From an uncultured delta proteobacterium (GTDB lineage: Bacteria > Myxococcota_A > Polyangia > Fen-1088): a DNA stretch of 64,000 nt. The notes under the pieces are model-generated. The model made no database searches, was not told the DNA's origin, and saw only the letters and a list, made by a program, of their open reading frames with translations. Below, piece by piece: positions 26,487-38,617 of this stretch. How positions within the stretch are numbered: the stretch's first letter is position 1; each line of letters begins with the position of its first letter. The DNA lies in NCBI GenBank assembly GCA_963737265.1, contig CAVTRY010000014.1, forward strand, positions 160,001-224,000, read 5' to 3'. The position numbers and the translations under genes are program-made.

Positions 26487-27870
26487 GGCTGGCGCCCCCG
26501 TGGCCGGCCTGGGCACCCGGCAGACTGGCTTTCATTTCGCTGGTGGCAATGACCGGCATCACGCGGGCGAACAGTAGCACCAGCGTGAAGAACAGTCCGA
26601 ATGAGCCCAGCAGAATGCCGAAGTCGATCTTGGTGGGAATGTAGATGTGCCAGGACGACGGCAGGTAATCCTGATGGAGCGAAATCACGATGATTACGAA
26701 ACGCTCCATCCACATGCCCAAGGTCACGGCCAGCGCGACGAAAATCATGGCTGGGATCGACCGGCGCATGCGGCGGAACCAGAAAATCTGCGGGATGATG
26801 ATGTTGCAGGTGATGGTGGTAATACCGGCCCAGCCGTAGAAGCCTGAAACGTAATTCTTGAAGGTGTGCTGGATGTACGGGTTGGCGCTGTACCAAGCGG
26901 TGCCGCCCTCCATGCAGTAGGCGTAGCCCATGATGCACGACATGGCCAAAATCAGCCGATTCATCACGTCGAGGTGATTGTCGGTGATGAGATTCGCGAG
27001 ATTCATGGTCTTGCGAACCACGATCAGCGCCATGACCACCATGGCGAAACCGGCGAAGATGGCGCCCGCGACGAAGTAGGGCGGGAAGATGGTCATGTGC
27101 CAGCCCGGCACCAGCGACACGGCGAAGTCGAACGACACCACGCTGTGCACGCTGATGACGAGGCCGGTGGCCAGGCCCGCGAGCAGCAAATACGCCTTAT
27201 CGTAATGAAGCCAGTGCGAGGTGGCGCCGCGCCAGCCCATACTGAGCACGGCGTAGATTCGCTTGCGTATGCCTTCGGGCGTGCGGTCGCGCATGGACGC
27301 GAAATCAGGCACGAGCCCGAGGTACCAAAAGACCAGCGAGACCGAAAAATACGTGCTGACCGCGAACACGTCCCAAATCAGCGGCGAGCGGAAGTTCACC
27401 CAGAGGCTACGCTCGTTGGGGTACGGGAATAGCCAATAGCCGAACCACGGCCGGCCGGTGTGCAGCACCGGAAAGATGGCCGCGCACATGACGGCGAAGA
27501 TGGTCATGGCCTCGGAGAAGCGGGCAATGGCATTGCGCCAGCGCGCCCGGAATAGAAATAGGATGGCCGAAATCAAGGTGCCCGCGTGGCCGATACCGAC
27601 CCAGAAGACGAAGTTGATGATGCCGAAGCCCCACGCCACCGGCCGGTTGTTTCCCCACGTGCCGATGCCGTAGTAGAGCGTCCAGGCAATGCAGAAGCCG
27701 CCGATGCCAAGCGCCGTGAGCGTCACGGCCAGGGCGACGTACCAGGCGCGCGGCGGCCGACGGTCGGGAAACTGCAGGACCTGCTGATCGAGCGAGGCAG
27801 ACGTGACCACGCCTTCGATGAGCTCGAAGGGCTGCAGGGCTTCCGGCAGGGGCGCGGTCGCGGGTTTCAT
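26479..27870 (-). CDS. actC: ACIII quinol-binding subunit ActC (NrfD/PsrC family)
   Basis: ATG 27870; [58 protein letters not shown]. Confidence 0.94.
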   Translation of the reverse strand: MKPATAPLPEALQPFELIEGVVTSASLDQQVLQFPDRRPPRAWYVALAVTLTALGIGGFCIAWTLYYGIGTWGNNRPVAWGFGIINFVFWVGIGHAGTLISAILFLFRARWRNAIARFSEAMTIFAVMCAAIFPVLHTGRPWFGYWLFPYPNERSLWVNFRSPLIWDVFAVSTYFSVSLVFWYLGLVPDFASMRDRTPEGIRKRIYAVLSMGWRGATSHWLHYDKAYLLLAGLATGLVISVHSVVSFDFAVSLVPGWHMTIFPPYFVAGAIFAGFAMVVMALIVVRKTMNLANLITDNHLDVMNRLILAMSCIMGYAYCMEGGTAWYSANPYIQHTFKNYVSGFYGWAGITTITCNIIIPQIFWFRRMRRSIPAMIFVALAVTLGMWMERFVIIVISLHQDYLPSSWHIYIPTKIDFGILLGSFGLFFTLVLLFARVMPVIATSEMKASLPGAQAGHGGASHD

Positions 27871-30799
27871 CGTTCGCCTCCACCCGCCGGGTTTTTGAGC
27901 GCTGCCAGATAGGTGATGGCGGGCTTGGTGCCGAGCTCTTCGAGCACGTGGAAGCCGCGATTGCTCCGGGAAATCTTCGACACTTCGCTTGTCAGGGTCG
28001 GCGATGTCGCCGAACACGATGGCGCTGGCGGGGCACGCGGCTCCGCAGGCCGGCACCACGTCGTTGTCGCGCAGCGGGCGCTCTTCGCGCTTGGCGACCT
28101 GATCGGCGTTGCGAATGCGTTGCACGCAGAAGGTGCACTTCTCCATCACGCCGCGCGGGCGCACCGTCACCTCGGGATTGAAGGCCAGTTGCATCGACTC
28201 CGGCGTCTCGCTGGTGAAATCGAGGAAGTTGAAACGGCGGACCTTGTACGGGCAGTTGTTGAGCGCAGTAGCGCGTGCCCACGCAGCGGTTGTAGGCCAT
28301 CTGGTTGATTCCGTCCGGGCCGTGGTTGGTGGCTTGCACCGGGCACACGGTTTCGCAAGGAGCGTTGTCGCAGTGCTGGCACAGCATGGGTTCGTGCACC
28401 ACACTCGGCGCGGTCTCGTTGCCTTCGTAGTACCGATCGATGCGCATCCAGTGCATGGCCCGCCCCTTGCGCACTTGCTCGGGGCCTACCACAGGAATGT
28501 TGTTCTCCGATTGGCAGGCCACCACGCACGCGCCGCAGCCCACGCACGAGGAAAGATCGATGGCCATGCCCCATCGCGGACCCCTTTGCTCCTGTTTGTC
28601 ATAGAGCGAGGGCAGCTCTTCGCGCTCCAGCTCGTGCTGGGGCTTGCGCGCGTAGTCGGCCAGCGACCACTGGCGCGCGATGTCGCGGCCGTCCTTGGTG
28701 TCGTGCTCCTGGGACAGCGCCAGCTCTTGGTGGCCGCCGGTCGGCTGGATGTTGTCGATGGAAAGCACTCGACGCGCTGGTGTGCCGGCAAACGCCCAAG
28801 CGCGCGTTCCCACGTCGGAAGCCACGCTGCCTTGCCAGTGACCGTGGCCCAGCGTCAGACGAAGCACGCCTTCTGCCTGGCCGCGCTGGCGCAGGATGGG
28901 CAGCGCCGGACCTTTGCCAAGCGTGACCATGTCGCCATTCTTGAGGTGCAAGCGATCGGCATCGGCGGGCGCCATCGCAAGGGGATTGCCCCACGATGCC
29001 TTGGTCACCGAATCGGGCAGCTCCTGCAACCAGCCGTTGTTGCCGTAGCGGCCGTCGTACATCCGCGAGTCCATATCGAGAACCAGCTCGACGTTTCCGG
29101 CCGAAACCTTCGCCGCGTTGGCGACAGCGCGCGAACAGGCGGCGCCGTCCAGGCGTCGCGGCGGCAGCGCCTCGGACCGGCGACGGAAGAGGCCGTCGTG
29201 CAGGCAGGCGTTCCAGAAACGCGCGAAAGGAATCGGGCTGTCCTTGGGCTGGACGTCGTTCTGCCAGCGCTGCTTTATCCACCCGAGGTAGGTCTCGGTC
29301 CCTGCTTTTCCCAGGCCGGACAGGCAGCGCAGAAGAATGTCCTCGCCCTGCAACGTCTCGTAGAGCGGCGCCACCAGCGGCTGTTGCAGGGTCAAGAGAT
29401 CGCGACTGGTCTCGAAATCGTTCCAGCTTTCCAGCCAGTGATTGACGGGCAGCACGAGCGAGCACATCGCCGCGGTTTCGTCGGGCAGAAGCCCCATGCT
29501 CACGCGCAAGGGAATCTTTTCCATCGCCGCTTTCCAGGCGCCGTCGTCGGGATAGTCGTAGGCCGGATTGACGTCCCAGAACAGGGCGGCGGCGAATTTG
29601 CCCGCTGCCATCTCGTCGACCAGCTTTTTGAAATCGTCGGCGGAGGCCAGCGCGGGTGCGGCTTGCTCGCTGACCACGGTGACGCCCTCGGCACCGAGCA
29701 TGCTGTTCAAGATGTGGCAGGCAGCGTGCGCCTCGACGGACGCGGCCGGACCGGCGAGAACCATGGCCTTGTCGCCGGCGGTGCATAGATCCCTGACCAG
29801 CGCATCGAGCTGCGCGGCGAAAGGCTTGGCTTCAGTCAAACGCTCCAGCGCAAACGGATCGAGCGCGGCCAGCTCCAATCCCGCGGGCAAGGCGCGGCCA
29901 CCCTTGAGATGAACCGCCCGAACCAAGCCGAAGGCGATGCGCGCGAGCGCCGAGGGACGAATCGGCATGCGCACATCGGCCTTAGTGCCAGTCAGGCTCA
30001 TGCCGCCTTCGAAAACGTAAAGGCGGTTCATCGATCCCGTCGGCGAGTCGGGGCGGCGCATGCGTGCGAAGCCTGCAATGGCCGACACGGTGTCGCCCTG
30101 GGTTCCGAGGAAGTCGGCTTCGAGGGCCAGGATGACCTTCGCTCGATCGAAATGATACCGCGCGAGCCTCACTTCGCCGAACAAGGCGCGCTCGGCCTCG
30201 CGGGCGTTGTGGTCGGCCGCCGGCTCCCATTGCACGTGGCGCAGTCCCGGCAACGCCTCGGCCAATCGCGCAAGCAGCGCCTTCCGGCTGGGCGAAAGCA
30301 CGGCGGGCGTGACCAGCAGGACGTCGCGGCCCGAGCCCGCAGCGTTCTTGAGACCACCGACGAGATTGTCGGCGGCTTCTTTCCAGCCGCACGGTCGTCC
30401 GTTCAGCACCGGGCCGCGCAGTCGATCTGGATCGTAAAGACCGAGCAAATCCGCCGTGGCGTGAAAATTCGTTTTGCCCCGATAGACGGGATGCTCGTCG
30501 TTTCCCTCGACGTGAATGGGGCGGCCTTCGCGTGCCTTGACCAGGACCGAGTAGGCGACTTCGCCCTCCTGGAAGGTACTGGCGTAGTAATCCGCGATTC
30601 CGGGGACGATTTCTTCCTGTTTTTTCGTGTAGGGGACGACAGCCGCACGGCTCTTGGCTGGTTTGCACCCGGCCCCGGTCGCGACCGCTGCCGATGCGCC
30701 CATCAAGGCCAAAAAACGTCGTCGAGACGGGCTGTCCACGTCGTCTTGGCCGGCGGTTTTGAAGACGGGCAGTCTGACGGGGGACTTCGGTTCACCCAT
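27867..30799 (-). CDS. actB: ACIII subunit ActB (molybdopterin-oxidoreductase-like plus Fe-S domain), two apparent +1 frameshifts
   Basis: Tat signal [10 protein letters not shown]; Fe-S motifs [32 protein letters not shown]-[shift ~28261][11 protein letters not shown], MEKCTFC, FGD-[shift ~27989]-SEVSK...[14 protein letters not shown]; restored frame ends at a TGA overlapping the actC ATG. Confidence 0.9.
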
Positions 30800-31028
30800 G
30801 GCGCTTCACGGATTCGGCAGAGGGTCGAACGACGACCCGCGTGTTGGTCGGGGATTGGGCTGGCCAAAGTGGTCGGTGCTCGCGCTGAGCAGCCTCGGCG
30901 TGGAGCGAGTCGCGCGGACCGCGGCGGCGCAATCTCCAAGCCGCAAGTCCGGCGAGCGCGGCCGCGATTCCACCCAGCCAGCGGCGACGTGGGGTTTTGT
31001 CAAGGGTCTCTTCAGCGTCGGATTTCAT
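30792..31028 (-). CDS. Small (78 aa) hypothetical protein with twin-Arg-like motif and hydrophobic helix, inside the ACIII operon
   Basis: ATG 31028 overlaps the actA stop (ATGA) and its 3' end overlaps the actB start; MKSDAEETLDKTPRRRWLGGIAAALAGLAAWRL. Confidence 0.65.
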   Translation of the reverse strand: MKSDAEETLDKTPRRRWLGGIAAALAGLAAWRLRRRGPRDSLHAEAAQREHRPLWPAQSPTNTRVVVRPSAESVKRHG

Positions 31029-31588
31029 CGATGGCACGCGAAACAATTGGTGGGGCCTTGGGTGATCTTGGAGCCGGCCGGCACGGCGGCGTGGGCATCG
31101 CGATGGCACGACAAGCAGTTCCCCATGCGCATCAGCATCTCGCGCGAAACCCGTTCCATGGTTTGAACCTCCCCGTGACAGGTCTGGCAGGCGATGCCGG
31201 CGCCGACGTGGGGACGGTGATCGAAGTAGACGTGGTCGGGCAAGGTGTAGATGCGCTGCCATTCCACCACTTGGTTGGCTTTGAACGCGGCCGTGATTAG
31301 CTGGATCTCCGGCTTGTCGGTGCGCGTGACCGCGTGGCAGTTCATGCAGGTTTCCACTGCCGGCACACCGGCGTGGCGCGAACGCTCGGCGCCAGTGTGA
31401 CAGTACAAACAAGGGATGTGGTTGTCGCCTGCGTGCAGCCGGTGAGAAAAGGCGATGGGCTGCCTTGGGGAAAAGCCCAAGGCGAACCTGTCCGGTTCGG
31501 TGGCCCAGCCCACGGCCAGAACGGTTGTTAGAACGGCGATCGTGCCGATGGGCAGGATTATTCGCCAGAAGCGATCTCGTGGATGCAA
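31025..31588 (-). CDS. actA: ACIII pentaheme cytochrome c ActA
   Basis: N-terminal TM helix; QPIAFSHRLHAG; five CxxCH sites (CLYCH, CMNCH, CQTCH, CLSCH, CFACH); LPDHVYFDH. Confidence 0.93.
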   Translation of the reverse strand: MHPRDRFWRIILPIGTIAVLTTVLAVGWATEPDRFALGFSPRQPIAFSHRLHAGDNHIPCLYCHTGAERSRHAGVPAVETCMNCHAVTRTDKPEIQLITAAFKANQVVEWQRIYTLPDHVYFDHRPHVGAGIACQTCHGEVQTMERVSREMLMRMGNCLSCHRDAHAAVPAGSKITQGPTNCFACHR

Positions 31589-31743
31589 GCCTCGGTCCTC
31601 TTGACGAAATGTTCAGCAATCACAGTCTGATGAGTCCTGTTCTCGATCTGGTCCGATTCGTTACTCTTGTCACAGCCGGCTCTGGGGCGCACGTTAGATG
31701 CCAAGACGGAAACGAAGGTAACAGGGGCGGGCGAAAGAGCGTG

Positions 31744-32508
31744 TTATCCCTCGCGGAGTCGGCGTAATCTGTCGGCGGCTTGGGCCATGCGCACGGGCTC
31801 ACCGACGCGGCGCGCCCGCCACAGCAGATTGTGCGGGGTGAGCGTGGGCGGGACGAAGGGGACAACAACGGTCTCGTATCCGGCTGCTTCCAGGCGCAGC
31901 GTGCGTTCGGCATCCACGATGGCCTGAATGAATCTGCGCCGAACCTCGGCCTGGCGAGGGATACCGAGCGCCTCGGCCCGCCGCCCGGCAAGCTCGGCAG
32001 CCACGACCTTTTCCGATGTGCAGCACGGCACGAGAAGAATGTTGCGCGCGCGGCTGATGGTGGCCCGCTCGACCACCGCGTCCGAGGCCGGCCCGCAGGC
32101 GTGAAGGGCCACCACGACGTCGGGCTCCATCGGCCACGCGGCGCTATCCGCCACGTCGGCTTCGACTACCTCGGCCGCGATCCCGGGGGCGTGCAACCGG
32201 GCAAGCGCGTTTCGGCAACTGGCCGCATGGCAGGCGTCTTGCTCGATCAGGATCACGCGACCCAGGCGTGCCGCGGGGGCCAGGATGAATTCAGCGGCGA
32301 GCAGCCCGACATAGGCCTTGCCCGCCGCCGCATCGACCAAGGTAGTCGGCCGATGGGGGCTGGCGGAGGCCACCGCGCGCCCGACCTCGGCCAGAATTCC
32401 CACGAGCTCGGCCGCCTTCTTGAGATCCTCGTCGCGTAGAGAGGTCTCGGCGGCGCCGATGTAAAGCCGATGAAGTGCCTCTTGCACCGCGCAGAGGGAA
32501 ATCATCAC
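31744..32508 (-). CDS. SAM-dependent methyltransferase
   Basis: Start GTG 32508 or ATG 32505 coupled to the upstream stop; LVDAAAGKAY, VALHACG..SD, LVPCC, TPHN motifs. Confidence 0.82.
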   Translation of the reverse strand: MMISLCAVQEALHRLYIGAAETSLRDEDLKKAAELVGILAEVGRAVASASPHRPTTLVDAAAGKAYVGLLAAEFILAPAARLGRVILIEQDACHAASCRNALARLHAPGIAAEVVEADVADSAAWPMEPDVVVALHACGPASDAVVERATISRARNILLVPCCTSEKVVAAELAGRRAEALGIPRQAEVRRRFIQAIVDAERTLRLEAAGYETVVVPFVPPTLTPHNLLWRARRVGEPVRMAQAADRLRRLREG

Positions 32509-34217
32509 CCACGCGCGGCACGCGAAAGCTGTTCGGGCGTGACCCCTTGGCGACCACGCAAGTCCGAATAGATGCGGGCCAGCACCAGGGCTGGAATAGG
32601 CAAGACCGTAACCCCGAGAAGATCGCCGATGACGCAATGAATGAAGACGACCGCTCGGCCGCCGAAAGGCGGAATCAAGAGCTCGGCCAGCGTGGCCGCG
32701 GCGAAGCCGGCCAGCGCGAACGACAGGAAGGCGAGGACGATACGGATGGCATCGCTCTTCACCAGGGCGATGCTGCGCAGAAGCGCGAGCCTGCCACCCT
32801 TCTTTTCGAACAGTACGACTTGGGGAACGAACAGGAAAAGCACGCTCAGCACGAGCCCCGGCAGAACGAAGAGCGCGTGTCCCACGGCTACCAACAAGGC
32901 TGCCGGGATAAGCGAAACCAGGAACAGCTCGCGTCGGTTGACCAGGATTGGCCAGACGTCGGCAAGACCTGGCATGGAAGCGCCGCCCTGATGGTCCACG
33001 GTTGCCACGGCCAGGGCGCCGCAGGCAATGGGGAAGGCCAGGCCGAAAAGTAGCAAGGCTTGCACAAGGCTCGCCAGTCGTTCTCGCAGCCAGCCGACGC
33101 CCTCGCGGGCGACGCCACTCGGCGTCGGCACATACGCGGTTTCGACAGTTGTGAGCGCCGCCAACTCGGCCGCGGCCTGCCTGTCGATTTGTCCGCGGGC
33201 TTGGCTTGCTTGAATGCGGCCCGCGAGATCGGCCTTGCGCGCGGAAAAGTCCACCGTGGCAGCGCCCGGCGCGACGGCGCTGGCGGCCGAGGTTCCGGTG
33301 ATGCTGGCGACCAAACACGACTGCACGACCGAGGCGGGAAGCACGAGGAAGGCGGCTAACATGAGGAGGATCGTCGGTTTGCGCAGGTAGAGGGTGATCG
33401 CCCAATCGAGTAGCTCGATGATGCTCTTGGTGTCGGCGGCCAGGCGATCCGAGAAGCGCTCGGTCCTTTGTCGTCCGGTCGCAGCGGACGCCGCGGTGTT
33501 TTGGGCAGCGCTTTTGGCGGCGCTTTTCGGCTGCGGCAGCACGAAACGCCTGCTCTTGCCGGCATTCGGCAGGTCGATTGGCGGATCCGTGGGTGGCTCG
33601 CCCGGCGAGGCTGCGCGGACGCCGCTACCTGGTCTCGCGGGCAGATCGATGCTGGGCAGGTCGACGGGCGCGGTACCGCGGTCGAGCTCCAGTGCGGGCA
33701 ACGGGCGATTGTCGAAAAGGGAATTCTCCGATTTCACCGCGGCGTGGTTGGTGGGGGCCGAGGATTTTTCCAGGCTGACGACCAGATCGGGATTTTGCCT
33801 AGCTTCTTCCTCGCTGGGCAGCTTGTGGGCCTGACTGATCCCGTTCGGCAGTCTGGCGACTGGCGCTGTCAGGGCGGGCGAGGTTGCCACGGTCGATGGC
33901 CGTGGGGCGGCAGCTCTGGGCGGACCGGGCAAGGGTGCATTTCCGAAGAAAGTTTTCCCAAGGGCGAGGGCATCGGTACGGTTTCCCGATTGGACGGACG
34001 GTGTGGGCGGCACGGCTCCTGGGTTGATCGGCGCGACTTTTCCCGCTGCCACTTGCGGAACCGGCAAGGCGGACATGGCGGCGGACGGGATTCCGAATAG
34101 GGTTTTCCCCAATGCGGCTTGCGGCGTGCCGATGGCCTTGCCAGTTTTGGGACAGATGCGGAGGATTGCATCATGGTCCTGACCGCAGTGGGTGCAGTTG
34201 CTCGCGGGTGGGGCCAT
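32505..34217 (-). CDS. Hypothetical membrane protein: N-terminal zinc-ribbon-like motif, Pro-rich linker, C-terminal multi-TM domain
   Basis: CTHC...H...CPKTG, low-complexity linker, about 5-6 hydrophobic helices, ALLRSIALVK. Confidence 0.7.
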   Translation of the reverse strand: MAPPASNCTHCGQDHDAILRICPKTGKAIGTPQAALGKTLFGIPSAAMSALPVPQVAAGKVAPINPGAVPPTPSVQSGNRTDALALGKTFFGNAPLPGPPRAAAPRPSTVATSPALTAPVARLPNGISQAHKLPSEEEARQNPDLVVSLEKSSAPTNHAAVKSENSLFDNRPLPALELDRGTAPVDLPSIDLPARPGSGVRAASPGEPPTDPPIDLPNAGKSRRFVLPQPKSAAKSAAQNTAASAATGRQRTERFSDRLAADTKSIIELLDWAITLYLRKPTILLMLAAFLVLPASVVQSCLVASITGTSAASAVAPGAATVDFSARKADLAGRIQASQARGQIDRQAAAELAALTTVETAYVPTPSGVAREGVGWLRERLASLVQALLLFGLAFPIACGALAVATVDHQGGASMPGLADVWPILVNRRELFLVSLIPAALLVAVGHALFVLPGLVLSVLFLFVPQVVLFEKKGGRLALLRSIALVKSDAIRIVLAFLSFALAGFAAATLAELLIPPFGGRAVVFIHCVIGDLLGVTVLPIPALVLARIYSDLRGRQGVTPEQLSRAARG

Positions 34218-34369
34218 TGGGGCGAGATCTTAGCCCAATTTCTCCTCGTTTGCCCCGTGCTGCCGGCAGAAATTGATCGGCGGCGCGACCGCTTTGTCGT
34301 CTAAGCACCTCCCTCACCGACGCGATGCCCGTTTCCAAACGCGCCCAACCCTGACAGAATTGAAGTGTT

Positions 34370-36220
<1,851 letters not shown>

Positions 36221-36282
36221 GTGTGTCCGCGTGTCGCGGGCTCGCTCACGCCGCCCACGCGAGCCGCGCGAGCATGGCCATC

Positions 36283-37473
36283 TCAGAGCGGCGGCCTAGC
36301 GTTGTGGACGAGATCCATGAAATAGGACTCGAACCACGTGCCCGCCTGGGGCGCGCCCTTGGCGGCATCGGGATTGCCGCACATCTCGTCGAAGCGAGGC
36401 TGCGACGGATCGGACACGCCATCGGATTCTCCCGGGGGCTTGACCCAGAAATAGGCATCGATGCCCGGCTCGGGCTCGGCGCGGGGACGTTCGCCGAGTC
36501 CAGCGCCATGCACGTTGCACCAGCTGCCCCACTTGGCGCGGATGTTTCCTTTGCCATTGCGTGACGTATCGATGAGGTAACCGTGATTTTTAAAACCGTA
36601 CATCGCCAGGGTTTGGCCCAAGGTCTTGGCGTAGGTCAGCTCGTTCGGGCAGGGATTGCTTGGCTCCAGCACGGCGCCATCGCGGTTGCTGAGGTGGGTG
36701 TAGTTCGCCGTGTTGATAGCGAAACCACGAATCATCTGCGGGCCCCCGGCTTCATTGAGGACGTTCTTGAAGATCTTCGCGATCTTGGCGCGGTTGTCAT
36801 CCCAACCCAGCCAACCCGAGTGGGCAGCGTCGAGGTACACGCTGACGTTGGGTAGCGCGAATTTCTTGATCGCATACACGATGCCATTCTTGTAGGCCGA
36901 GCGCGCTTCCTGACACAGCGGCAGCGCCATGTTGGTGGCCAGGTTGCCGAGGGAGTCCGGCTCCAGCACGACCACGATGGGCTGGTCGGGATGGGCCTGA
37001 AGCTCGGCAAAAGTAGGATCGATGAACTCCGACTTGTAGCGAGCCTCGCCGTTCTCGGAAACCTTGAGCTCGCCCGCCGACGAAGCCGCCGAGCAGTCGC
37101 GGTTGGGCAGGTCGTAGACGACGACCACGGTGAGGGTGGGCTGTCCACTGGCATCTTGCTGCTTCTTGGCCTCGTCCAGCCAACCCTTGAGGTTCGCCAC
37201 GTGGGCGATGGAATCGAGCCAGACGGCCGTCGGGTACTGCTCGACCTTGCGAATAAGATCGGCCTCGTCCGGGTGTTTTTTGGCGGTGGCCTCGACATTG
37301 GCGACGTACTCGGGATTGATGAAGTAGCGCACGCCCTTGAAAGGATTCTCTTTGGAGCCAGCGCCCGCCGATCCTGGCGAACCAGTTCCGACTTGGCCGA
37401 TGCTGGACCCGCAGGCGGACGCTGCGAGGATAGCGAGGAACGCTGCGTTTGCTACGATACGTTGTGGCATCAT
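36283..37473 (-). CDS. Glycoside hydrolase family 6 (cellulase/cellobiohydrolase) lipoprotein
   Basis: Lipobox LAASAC; PTAVWLD, VVYDLPNRDC, LEPDSL, YLDAAHSGWLGW, IDTSRNG, WCN, WVKPPGESDG, AGTWF. Confidence 0.94.
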   Translation of the reverse strand: MMPQRIVANAAFLAILAASACGSSIGQVGTGSPGSAGAGSKENPFKGVRYFINPEYVANVEATAKKHPDEADLIRKVEQYPTAVWLDSIAHVANLKGWLDEAKKQQDASGQPTLTVVVVYDLPNRDCSAASSAGELKVSENGEARYKSEFIDPTFAELQAHPDQPIVVVLEPDSLGNLATNMALPLCQEARSAYKNGIVYAIKKFALPNVSVYLDAAHSGWLGWDDNRAKIAKIFKNVLNEAGGPQMIRGFAINTANYTHLSNRDGAVLEPSNPCPNELTYAKTLGQTLAMYGFKNHGYLIDTSRNGKGNIRAKWGSWCNVHGAGLGERPRAEPEPGIDAYFWVKPPGESDGVSDPSQPRFDEMCGNPDAAKGAPQAGTWFESYFMDLVHNARPPL

Positions 37474-37605
37474 TCGAACTCTCCTGCCGAGGTGGCAAGA
37501 CCGTTCGCCAGGACACCCTGGCGGACGCCGCCGCGTCGGTGCGGCGGATACTACACCAAGTCGCCGCGAGTTGGTGCTGGCGCGCGAAAGATCAAAGCGT
37601 GGGCT

Positions 37606-37986
37606 TCACGCCTGAATCGAGATGATCTCGTTGGCCAGGCAGGCGAGCGCGTTTAGGCTTCGCCGCTGCCAGTACACGGCGGGGCTCGACACGAACACGA
37701 TGCGGTACCTGCCGTCGCCGACCTGTTCCTGAACCGCGCCGATCCACCACACGAAGCACTTGAGGCACGACGAGTTCATGAATTCAAGCTGGCGCACATC
37801 GACGGTGACCTCCTCGGCCAAACGGCGCTGCGCCTCGCTGTGAACATCGCGCAGGAAGCGGTCGAGCTGGACCCTGACCGTGAGATCTGCCGTGCCGGTC
37901 AGGTTCACTTGGATGCGCCGATCCCTGGCGCTCGCCTGGGCGGCAAAATCGCTTTCCTTCATGGTCTCAGCCCAATCGCTAGGCAT
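37606..37986 (-). CDS. STAS-like protein (SiaC/slr1659-like)
   Basis: VTVDVRQLEFMNSSC resembles the SpoIIAA phospho-loop (FMDSSG); WQRRSL..L motif. Confidence 0.75.
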   Translation of the reverse strand: MPSDWAETMKESDFAAQASARDRRIQVNLTGTADLTVRVQLDRFLRDVHSEAQRRLAEEVTVDVRQLEFMNSSCLKCFVWWIGAVQEQVGDGRYRIVFVSSPAVYWQRRSLNALACLANEIISIQA

Positions 37987-38470
37987 GCTGGTGTCTCCTT
38001 GAGGGCGGGCAACTGGCGACGATGGTCACCGTGCTGCCTTCAATTTCGAGCGAAAGGTCGAGCTCGCCTTCGGCCCGGATGCGCGCCAGGCCCAGTCCGG
38101 ATTCCTCTTGAATGCCGAAGGTTCTTCGCATCAGGGTCTGATAGAGCAGGGACGGCTCCGCGCTGTCCTGAATCTCCGCGATGCAAGCGCGCAATCGTTC
38201 GATGTGCTCCGGCGTGGTCTGGTTGGTCAGGGTGACGCTGGCGGCGTGGCCGGTGGATTCGCAGTAGACGGAAAGGCCGGTCTTGTTGCCGACGGAATAT
38301 TTCGCGGCGTTTTCCAAGAGCTCGTGCACCGCCAGCGAAACGCGAAACACGGCGTCGGGATCGCCCACCAGCTTCTCGAAGCTTTCCTCCACGAACCGGC
38401 GGACGATCGAGACCATGCGCGGCTGCGGCTGGATTTGTAATCCGAAGCTTAGGGCTTGGCTTTCAGGCAT
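37979..38470 (-). CDS. GHKL-type ATP-binding kinase (SiaB/slr1658/anti-sigma-kinase-like)
   Basis: Likely ATG 38470; N-box AVHELLENAAKYS and G2-like ESGLGLARI; overlaps the STAS gene start. Confidence 0.75.
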   Translation of the reverse strand: MPESQALSFGLQIQPQPRMVSIVRRFVEESFEKLVGDPDAVFRVSLAVHELLENAAKYSVGNKTGLSVYCESTGHAASVTLTNQTTPEHIERLRACIAEIQDSAEPSLLYQTLMRRTFGIQEESGLGLARIRAEGELDLSLEIEGSTVTIVASCPPSRRHQHA

Positions 38471-38617
38471 GGGAAACCGCTCTTCCCGCCATCGGCAGAC
38501 AAGGCGCAGGAGTTGAGCGGCAAAGTCGGCGAGATCGGCCCACGACGTTGGCCGCGCGCTGGACTTCGACGGCACCGCCGGGCGATAGTTCGTCCGACGT
38601 GCGGACGCGAGGCAACC

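Noticed and set aside
27950-28270. Programmed frameshifting in actB (likewise hemL)
   Set aside because: No slippery heptamer or homopolymer at the sites; isolated extra bases fit sequencing error better.
31603-31636. Hammerhead-ribozyme-like core (GAC-GAAA...ATC...CTGATGA-GTC) upstream of actA
   Set aside because: Only 5 nt (ACAGT) separate the cleavage triplet from CUGAUGA, so stem I cannot form, and stem III is very weak.
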